Shown: piece after piece, positions 45,023 through 53,400 of the stretch
How positions within the stretch are numbered: position 1 is the stretch's first letter
Layout of the letters: each line of letters opens with the position of its first letter
Source of the DNA: Candidatus Cloacimonadales bacterium
GTDB taxonomy: Bacteria > Cloacimonadota > Cloacimonadia > Cloacimonadales > JAIOQZ01
Length of the DNA stretch: 64,000 nucleotides
Assembly (NCBI GenBank): GCA_963665815.1
Contig: OY762463.1
Location: 1,445,735 to 1,509,734 of the forward strand
Direction: 5' to 3'
Notes under the pieces: generated by a model
Told to the model about the DNA's origin: nothing
Seen by the model: the letters and a program-made list of their open reading frames with translations, nothing else
Database searches by the model: none
Made by a program: the position numbers and the translations under genes

Positions 45023-45271
45023 GTGAAAAGAATACATAATATTTCTATAACAGTTTATGAACGTGAAACAGCGTACAAACAGGTAAATACTATTTTACAC
45101 GACTACGCAGAGGAACTTTTACTGCGTGTGGGGTATCCGGTTAAAGACCGTGATATAGCAATTATTTTTCTCGTTGCAGAAATGACAACTGACGAACTCG
45201 GAGCACTGACAGGAAAATTGGGTCAGATTAAATCCGTGAAAGTCAAATCAACAACTTTAAAAACAAATTAA
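45023..45271 (+). CDS. TM1266-family small ACT/NikR-C-like protein (putative iron-only hydrogenase system regulator)
   Basis: ~82 aa: IHNISITVYERETAYKQVNTILHDYAEELLLRVGYPVKDRDIAIIFLVAEMTTDELGALTGKLGQIKSVKVK. Position immediately upstream of hydG. I chose the GTG start at 45023 (SD GGAGG). Confidence 0.6.
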   Translation: MKRIHNISITVYERETAYKQVNTILHDYAEELLLRVGYPVKDRDIAIIFLVAEMTTDELGALTGKLGQIKSVKVKSTTLKTN

Positions 45272-45287
45272 AAATACAGAGGTAATT

Positions 45288-46694
45288 ATGGTACTTGACA
45301 CAACAGGTCTTAAATCATTCATCCCGAATGACAAAATCTTTGAGGATCTTGCAAAAGCAAAGAATCCTGACAGATTACAAATCAAGGATATTATCCAGAA
45401 ATCACTGGATAAAAACCGTCTTGATCCATTTGAAATGGCATGTCTGATAAACGCTACCGACGAAGATCTTGTAGAAGAAATAAAACAGGGAGCACGTACA
45501 CTTAAAGAAAGAGTATACGGCAACAGAATCGTCCTTTTTGCTCCTCTTTATGTTGGAAACGACTGTATTAATGACTGTGTATACTGCGGATTCAGATCTT
45601 CAAATACTGAAGCTGAAAGAAACACTCTCACCATGCAGAAACTCGGTATGGAAGTTGAATCACTGGTGGATAATGGACACAAACGACTGATCATGGTATA
45701 CGGTGAACACCCTAAGTACGATGCTCAATTCATTCATGACACAGTAATGAAAGTCTATGCTACTAAGAAAGGAAACGGGGAAATCCGTCGCGTTAATATC
45801 AACGCAGCTCCACTTGATGTAGAAGGCTACAAAATTGTTAAAAAAGCCGGAATTGGTACTTACCAGATTTTCCAGGAAACATACCACGAAGAAACTTACA
45901 AACAAGTTCACCCTCGCGGACCTAAGAGCAACTATCTGTGGAGACTTCACGGTCTGGACAGAGCTATGGAAGCAGGAATTGATGATCTTGGAATCGGTGC
46001 TCTCATGGGCTTGTATGACTGGCGTTTTGAAGTAATGGGACTGCTTTATCACACAATGCACCTTGAAGAACGCTTTAACATTGGACCTCATACCATTTCA
46101 TTCCCAAGAATTGAACCTGCTTTTAATACCGATTTCACCAAACGACCACCTCATCTTGTATCAGATGATGACTTCAAAAAACTGGTTGCTATTCTTCGAC
46201 TTGCGGTTCCATACACCGGACTGATTCTCACTGCTCGTGAGCCGATTGACATCCGTAATGAAGTAATCAATTATGGTGTATCCCAAATAGATGCAGGATC
46301 AGCTATCGGTATTGGAGATTACTCTTCAGAAGACCATACCAACAAGAAAGAGCAGTTCACACTATCAGATTCCAGAACACTTGATGAAGTAATCAAAGAA
46401 CTTGCAGACCATAACTTTATTCCTAGTTTCTGCACAGGTTGTTACAGGCTTGGACGTACAGGTGAACACTTCATGGAATTTGCCATTCCGGGATTCGTTA
46501 AACGATATTGCTCTCCTAATGCAATCCTTACATTCCTCGAATATGTTGAAGACTATGCTACTCCTGAATCAAGAGCTTCAGGAATCAAACTTATTGAAAG
46601 AGAACTTGAAAAGCTTGAAGACAGCAAAATGAAAGCTGAAGTTGAAAGCAGAATCCAGAGGATTAAAAACGGTGAAAGAGACTTATACTTCTAA
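45288..46694 (+). CDS. hydG: [FeFe]-hydrogenase maturase HydG (radical SAM tyrosine lyase)
   Basis: CINDCVYCGF rSAM motif. ThiH-like core. C-terminal auxiliary-cluster motif CTGCYRLGRTGEHFM. Operon context. Confidence 0.88.
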   Translation: MVLDTTGLKSFIPNDKIFEDLAKAKNPDRLQIKDIIQKSLDKNRLDPFEMACLINATDEDLVEEIKQGARTLKERVYGNRIVLFAPLYVGNDCINDCVYCGFRSSNTEAERNTLTMQKLGMEVESLVDNGHKRLIMVYGEHPKYDAQFIHDTVMKVYATKKGNGEIRRVNINAAPLDVEGYKIVKKAGIGTYQIFQETYHEETYKQVHPRGPKSNYLWRLHGLDRAMEAGIDDLGIGALMGLYDWRFEVMGLLYHTMHLEERFNIGPHTISFPRIEPAFNTDFTKRPPHLVSDDDFKKLVAILRLAVPYTGLILTAREPIDIRNEVINYGVSQIDAGSAIGIGDYSSEDHTNKKEQFTLSDSRTLDEVIKELADHNFIPSFCTGCYRLGRTGEHFMEFAIPGFVKRYCSPNAILTFLEYVEDYATPESRASGIKLIERELEKLEDSKMKAEVESRIQRIKNGERDLYF

Positions 46695-48096
46695 AGAGAT
46701 AAGAACACAAAAAATGGATGATAGCGAAGTCCCGGCAAACTCAATGTACGGATCGCAGACCTGTAGAGCATTGGATAACTTTGGGGTATCTCCAGAGAAG
46801 ATGTACACTATGTTCATCAAGGCTTTTGCTTATGTGAAACAGGCCTGTGTCAGAACAAACAGTCTGCTTGGCTATATGAATCAGGAAAAAGCTGATCTGA
46901 TAGAAGCAGTTTGCAAAGAGATCATTGCGGGAGAACATCATGATGAATTTGTTGTCTCTCCTTTCCAGGGTGGAGCAGGAACTTCGACTAACATGAACTT
47001 CAATGAGGTTATAGCGAACTTAGCCAATGCGAAAGCTGGGCAAGCTAAAGGAGAATTCAGTTATATACATCCTCTGAAAGATGTTAATATGCATCAGTCA
47101 ACGAACGATGTTTATCCTACATCACTGAAAGTCGCAATACTCCTGTATCTTAAAGAGTTGGAAAAGAGCATAACCTTTTTACAGGAAGCCTTGCAGGAGA
47201 AAGAGCGTGAGTTTCAGAATGTTGTTAAGACCGGCAGAACCCAACTCCAGGATGCAGTTCCCTTGACTCTTGGAATGGAGTTCAGTGCATATTCAGATGC
47301 AATAGCCCGTGACAGGTGGCGTATCTTTAAATCGAGAGAAAGAATTAAAGTTGTGAATCTTGGTGGGACAGCTATTGGAACCGGACTTGGAGCACCACGA
47401 AAATACATCTTCAAAGTTACTGAAGTGTTGAGAAGACTTACTGGACTTAATCTTGCCAGAGGTGAAAATCTGGTTGATGCAACCCAGAATGTCGATGCTT
47501 TTGCAGAAGTTTCCGGAATGCTCAAGGCTTTTGCGGCAAACCTGTTCAAGATTGCGAATGACCTTCGACTGCTGAGCAGTGGACCTCAGGGAGGACTTGG
47601 AGAAATTAATCTACCCAAAGTGCAGAAGGGATCAACAATCATGCCGACAAAGGTAAATCCGGTAATTCCGGAGTTTGTTGCTCAATCAGCCCTGCAGGTA
47701 ATGGGAAATGATGCAGTTATAACTCAGGTAACTGCACTGGGAAATCTTGAGCTGAACCAGTTTCTGCCACTGCTTACACATAACATCATGCAGTCGCTGG
47801 AGCTGCTGAATACTGCTTCTATCAAATTCAGAACGCATTGTATTGACGGTATTACAGCCAATGAAGAAGTATGCAGGCAAAAATTGTATAATTCTCCTAT
47901 AATTGCAACTGTTCTTGTCCCGGTTCTTGGATACGATAAAGTGGAAGAAATTGTAACGGAAGCAGGTAAGAATAAACAATCAATAAGCGAATATCTAACA
48001 GAAAACAAGATAATCAGTGAAGAAAAAATCCAGGAGATTCTGTCTCCTACAAAAATGTACAAATTAGGATATACGGATGATGAATTACGATTTTAA
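46672..48096 (+). CDS. Aspartate ammonia-lyase/fumarase-superfamily protein embedded in the hyd maturation operon
   Basis: EVPANSMYGSQTCRALDNF, TNMNFNEVIAN, QSTNDVYPT, signature GSTIMPTKVNP. The start is uncertain (GTG 46672 preferred; TTG 46642 or ATG 46714 possible). It overlaps the hydG stop and the hydE start. Confidence 0.8.
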   Translation: MKETYTSKEIRTQKMDDSEVPANSMYGSQTCRALDNFGVSPEKMYTMFIKAFAYVKQACVRTNSLLGYMNQEKADLIEAVCKEIIAGEHHDEFVVSPFQGGAGTSTNMNFNEVIANLANAKAGQAKGEFSYIHPLKDVNMHQSTNDVYPTSLKVAILLYLKELEKSITFLQEALQEKEREFQNVVKTGRTQLQDAVPLTLGMEFSAYSDAIARDRWRIFKSRERIKVVNLGGTAIGTGLGAPRKYIFKVTEVLRRLTGLNLARGENLVDATQNVDAFAEVSGMLKAFAANLFKIANDLRLLSSGPQGGLGEINLPKVQKGSTIMPTKVNPVIPEFVAQSALQVMGNDAVITQVTALGNLELNQFLPLLTHNIMQSLELLNTASIKFRTHCIDGITANEEVCRQKLYNSPIIATVLVPVLGYDKVEEIVTEAGKNKQSISEYLTENKIISEEKIQEILSPTKMYKLGYTDDELRF

Positions 48097-49156
48097 AAAT
48101 CTATCAAAACAACAAATGATCGAGGTTTTTCAATCCGAAGATCAAGCTCTTATAGAGGAGCTTTACAGGCAGGCTTATGCTGTAAAAGAACAGCATGTAG
48201 GCAAGAAAGTATATTTCAGAGGAATAATCGAGCTTAGTAATATCTGCGATAAGGACTGTTTTTATTGCGGTATCAGGAAAAGCAACAGCAAAGTAAACAG
48301 ATATTTCATGAAGAAAGAAGAGATCCTGGAAGCAGCAGAATGGTCCTGGAAGATGAATTACGGGTCAGTAGTGCTGCAGTCCGGAGAACGTTGTGACAAA
48401 GAGTTTGTAGACTATATTGAAGACCTTCTGATCAACATCAAAAAGCTGTCCAATCAGGAGCTGGGAATCACACTTTCTCTGGGTGAACAATCAAAAGAAA
48501 CCTACAGAAGATGGTTCGAAGCCGGTGCAACAAGATACCTGCTGAGAATTGAGTCCAGCAATGAAGAACTGTACAAAAGTTTGCATCCTGCAACACACGA
48601 TCATACAGAGAGACTTAGATGTCTGGAATACTTGCGTGAAACGGGTTATCAGGTTGGAACAGGAGTAATGATCGGACTGCCTAATCAGACTTACGAAGAT
48701 CTGGTTAACGACATCATGTTCTTCAAGGAACACGATATTGATATGATTGGAATGGGACCTTATGTTGTGCATCAGGATACTCCTTTGGCGAATTCAATGC
48801 CTGATTATGACAAGAAAATTCAGCTTGGAAAAGCTCTGAAGATGATCTCCTTGACTCGTATGTTCCTGAAGGATGTCAATATTGCCTCCACAACAGCTTT
48901 GCAGGCACTTGATCCGCTAGGAAGAGAGTATGGGCTCAAAGCCGGGGCGAATATTATCATGCCCGTTCTTACAGATACTAAATACAGAGAAAAGTACCTT
49001 TTATATAATGACAAACCATGTGTTGATGAAAATGCAACCATGTGCAGAGCATGTCTGGAGAACAGAATTGAATCTGTTGGTGAAACAATAGGCTATGGGG
49101 AACTTGGTGATTCTCCTCACTTTAAGGCAAGGAGTAAAGATGCCGGCAATACCTAA
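48077..49156 (+). CDS. hydE: [FeFe]-hydrogenase maturase HydE (radical SAM)
   Basis: CDKDCFYCGIRKSN rSAM motif. BioB-like fold, length 359 aa. Context. Confidence 0.85.
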   Translation: MMNYDFKNLSKQQMIEVFQSEDQALIEELYRQAYAVKEQHVGKKVYFRGIIELSNICDKDCFYCGIRKSNSKVNRYFMKKEEILEAAEWSWKMNYGSVVLQSGERCDKEFVDYIEDLLINIKKLSNQELGITLSLGEQSKETYRRWFEAGATRYLLRIESSNEELYKSLHPATHDHTERLRCLEYLRETGYQVGTGVMIGLPNQTYEDLVNDIMFFKEHDIDMIGMGPYVVHQDTPLANSMPDYDKKIQLGKALKMISLTRMFLKDVNIASTTALQALDPLGREYGLKAGANIIMPVLTDTKYREKYLLYNDKPCVDENATMCRACLENRIESVGETIGYGELGDSPHFKARSKDAGNT

Positions 49157-50339
49157 AGGTGAACGTTGTAACATTGCTATCATTGGTAAACGTAACGCAG
49201 GGAAATCTTCTCTGATAAACGCCATGACAAGTCAGGATATATCTATTGTATCCAATACTCCCGGAACAACAACTGATCCGGTTAAGAAGAATTATGAGCT
49301 GCTGCCCATTGGACCGGTTTCTATAATTGATACAGCAGGGATAGATGACCTTGGTGAGCTTGGGGAGAAGCGTGTGAAGTCAACACGTAAAGTACTCTGG
49401 CGAACAGATATTGCTCTTGTTGTAACAGATGAACACGGAATAACCGATGATGTAAAAGCAATCATTGAGGAAGTGCAAAATCTTAACATAACCACAATGG
49501 TTGTGTTTAACAAGAATGATATTGCAGATGTAGACAAGTCTAATAAAGACTACTGTAGATCACTTGGTTTGCCTTATATCTCAGTTTCCAGTATATCAGG
49601 AAAAAACATCCGAGATTTGAAAGAAAAAATGGCTGATCTGGTTCCGACGGAGTTTCTTGCTGAACGAGTTCTTGTCGGTGATCTGGTTAACCCCGGGGAT
49701 CAGGTTGTGCTGGTTGTTCCCATTGACTTAGCTGCCCCTAAAGGCAGACTGATAATGCCGCAGGTTCAGGTATTGAGAGAAATCCTTGATAACGATGCAA
49801 TAGGTATTATGGTTAAAGAACGTGAGCTGGAAGACTCTCTCATGAAGCTGAAAGATCCACCAGACTTGATTATTACTGACTCTCAGGTGATCCTTAAGGT
49901 TGACGGAGATGTACCGGAAGAGATTCCTCTGACAACATTCTCAACGCTTTTTGCACGCTATAAAGGAGAACTTAACATGCTTGTTGATGGTGCATCTGCA
50001 ATTGATAAGCTGGAAGACGGAGACAAGGTTGTTATAGCTGAATCCTGTTCCCATCATGTTCAGGCTGATGATATTGGTAGAGTCAAGATTCCCCGGTGGT
50101 TGAGACAGTATACCGGTAAGGATATTAAGTTTGATGTATACTCAGGTCATGATTTCCCGGATAATCTGGAGGAGTATAAGCTTGTGCTTCATTGTGGTGC
50201 ATGTATGACAAACAGAATGGAGATGATCCGCCGTATGCGCGAGTGTAACCGTCGAGGTGTCCCAATAACCAATTACGGAGTTGCAATATCCAAGCTCCAT
50301 GGAGTACTGGATAGAGTAATCAAACCATTTTATAAATAG
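49140..50339 (+). CDS. hydF: [FeFe]-hydrogenase maturation GTPase HydF
   Basis: P-loop IIGKRNAGKSSLINAM, DTAG, NKND. C-terminal cluster ligands CSHH...HCGAC. I chose the ATG at 49140 (AAGGAG 5 nt upstream); it overlaps the hydE stop. Confidence 0.88.
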   Translation: MPAIPKGERCNIAIIGKRNAGKSSLINAMTSQDISIVSNTPGTTTDPVKKNYELLPIGPVSIIDTAGIDDLGELGEKRVKSTRKVLWRTDIALVVTDEHGITDDVKAIIEEVQNLNITTMVVFNKNDIADVDKSNKDYCRSLGLPYISVSSISGKNIRDLKEKMADLVPTEFLAERVLVGDLVNPGDQVVLVVPIDLAAPKGRLIMPQVQVLREILDNDAIGIMVKERELEDSLMKLKDPPDLIITDSQVILKVDGDVPEEIPLTTFSTLFARYKGELNMLVDGASAIDKLEDGDKVVIAESCSHHVQADDIGRVKIPRWLRQYTGKDIKFDVYSGHDFPDNLEEYKLVLHCGACMTNRMEMIRRMRECNRRGVPITNYGVAISKLHGVLDRVIKPFYK

Positions 50340-50350
50340 ATATAGTATGG

Positions 50351-50376
50351 AAACCTGTCGGCAATGGCAGGTTTTC
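50351..50376 (+). terminator. Intrinsic terminator after hydF
   Basis: AAACCTG (10-nt loop) CAGGTTT + TTCG. Confidence 0.55.
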
Positions 50377-50384
50377 GTTACACA

Positions 50385-50420
50385 ATAAAAAAAACCAGCC
50401 CTCTGAATGAAGGCTGGTTT
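50385..50420 (-). terminator. Bidirectional intrinsic terminator (serves the convergent 1852-aa gene)
   Basis: AACCAGCC (11-nt loop) GGCTGGTT, flanked by an A9 run upstream and TTTAATTTTT downstream. Confidence 0.75.
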
Positions 50421-50465
50421 AATTTTTATGTTGTTAGACCATTTAGAAGGTCTGAAACATCTGAG

Positions 50466-53400
50466 TTATTTAAGCATCAGCATTTTCTTAGTTTGTGATA
50501 CTTCAGAGGTTTGCAGTCTGTAGAAGTATACTCCACTTGATACTGAGTTTCCTCTGTCATCTTTACCATTCCAGGTAACCTTGTGGTTATCTGCTTCCAT
50601 TTCTTCACTTACAAGCGTTCTTACTTTCTGTCCGTTAATATTGTAGACAGCAAGTTCTACGTTTCCGGCTTTCTTAAGTGAGAATTCAATGTGTGTAGTA
50701 GGATTGAATGGGTTAGGATAGTTACCTTTAAGTTCTGTAACAAGATTTACATCATCAGGATCGTTTGCAACTTCTTCAAATGTGAAATCAAAATCTGGAG
50801 CTGCTGCGGTACCTGTTTCATATACTGCTGTGATTGTAGCAGTAAGTTGTTCTCCAATGTTAAATCCTGTCACTGTGAAGAATGTATCTGATGTTGTTTG
50901 ATTAATAATATCAATTTCAACTCTGAAATACATGAATTGACGTTCGTCTTCTTCATTATCAGAATCTCTTTCAACATAAGATGATCCTTCAACAAGTGCT
51001 GATTCTCCATCTGTTCTTGTTCCGTACAGTCTGTCTCCATGCTGCCATACAAGGATACGATCATTATTAAGCCATTGAACGTTTGTAGGAGCAATAAGGA
51101 TTTCATCAAGAGTAACATCAACAGGAGTATTGTCACCATTTACAATAACAATATTCTGTTGTTCGTGAATGTTACAGTCCGGAAGTGAAGCTGTAAGATT
51201 GTATGTTCCCGGAAGAACTTCGCTGAGAAGAACAACACCGGTATCATCAGATGTCTCTGTATATGTGTTTGTTCCGTCAGTAAGTTCTACAACTGCACCG
51301 GCTGGTGAACTGAGATTGGTTGTGATGTTAACAGTAAAGTGACCGTATTCGTTGAGAATAATATCAAGATCAACTGTTGCATCCGCTGCGATAACTACGT
51401 TAGATTCAGTTTGATCAATATATCCGTCTTTAGTTGCATTAACAGTATATGTTCCCGGAGTAACCTGTACAAATGTGTAGTTACCCTGAGCATCTGTTGT
51501 TGTTGTAATAGCAAGTTGTTCGATTTCAACAAGAGCTCCGGCAACTTCAACATTAGCATGATCGTAAACAGTACCCATGAGGATTGCTCCCTGAGTCATA
51601 GTGAAGTCAACGTTTGTGAGGTTGTCCTGAGTTACTACGACATTAGTTTGTGTATTATTATCGTAGTTTGTAAGACTTGCAGTTACTGTGTAGGTCTCAA
51701 CAGGAACATTGAGGAATTGATAGAATCCATTATTACCTGTATATTGTACAGTCTGAAGTTCTTCAATCAGTACTTGAGCGTTAAACAGTGGGTTTCCATT
51801 GATATCACGTACATAACCTTGAATACCTGTTTGTGATGGCTGAACATCAACAGGAAGTGGAGCTGAATTATCATTACCAGGACCTTCGTCGTTAGCAAGA
51901 ACAACTTTACCGAAGATATTCTGATTACCTTCCATACCATTTTGTGGAGTCCAGGTGATCACGTAATCAAGAATTTGATTGTTTGCAATTGTTGTACCTG
52001 CAACAGTTCCAAGTTCAGTATCCGGAGCAAGCATGAGTTTTACATCATATGTAGATTGAGTATTCAGACCGTTGTTTCTTACAGAGATTGTATAGTCAGA
52101 AGGTGATCCAACCATTGGAGTTGTGTTACCAACAACAGTGATTACTGTAAGATCATCGTTTGGTGGAGTTGTAATGTTAATACCGACATCATCAAGATAC
52201 AAGTCAGGACCATATCCTGAGATACCATCAAACTTAACATAAATTGTCTGACCACTGTACTGATCAATATTTATAGTTTCCTGTATAAATGTACCAGGAG
52301 TAGTGTTTCCTGCTCCGTCACTTGATTCGAACTGATCTCCCATTCTTGACCATACAACACTCCAGTTTGTCTGATCTGTAGAAATAGAAACTTCCATTGC
52401 ATCATTCGGATAACTTGCATTATATGCATGAGACCATTTGAATACAAGATCAGCATTTCCTGTCAGAGCAATTGGAGGTGAGTAAAGTTCTGCATTACCA
52501 GTGCTCCAGCCCCAGAAGTTACAGTAAGCACTTCCTGAACCGCTATGTTCCGCCCATTGTTGAGTTCCACCCATATACCAGCCTCTTGTGTCAAGTGGCC
52601 ATACGCTGAAATCTTCAGTCCATGGGAAGTTAACTACTGATGGGTCAGGTCTTGTTGTGTAAGACCAGACAGGGCAGCCAGTTGCATCACCGAGAGTGTT
52701 GTAAGGTACGATAGTCCAGTAGTATGTAGTTGCGAATGACAGATTGTTGTAATCATAAGTTAATACATTACCAATATCTGTTCCATCTTCAATATTTGTT
52801 GGTGGATTATCTGTTCCGAAGTAGATTTTATAACCTGTAGCTCCTGGAGCTCCACGCCAGCTCATTGTTCCACCTTCCATTACCGGATTTTCAGCATCCA
52901 TTGGTGAATTTGGAATTGTGCATGAAGGTGCTACGTTATTATCGAATATTGTGAAATCATCTACAGATATATCACTATAGAAGCTTGAAGAACCGATAGC
53001 TCTGAATCTGAATTGCAGGTCTGTTGAGCTATAAGTTGTAAGATCAATAGATCCTAAAGTCCAGGCAGGGCTGTAAGTGTAGCTTGCAACTCCCATGTTC
53101 CATGAACCGTTACTGTAAATGTCTATGTAGAATGTTGACTGTTCCTGAGCAGATTGGTCAGGATGTCCAATCCAGTAGTTAAATTCAACTACAGGATTTG
53201 TAAGAGCTGTGATATCATAAATCGTTGATGTTGCCCACGCTGAATCAACTCCGGTTCCACTATCTGTGAAATGAATGAAGTATCCTGTACCGGAAGTGTT
53301 ATCAAATGTTGCACCATATGTTGATGATGTTGCAAGAGACCAGTTATCATTATCAAGATAGATTTCATTATGCCAGTCTGCAAGCAATGTTGTATCTTCA

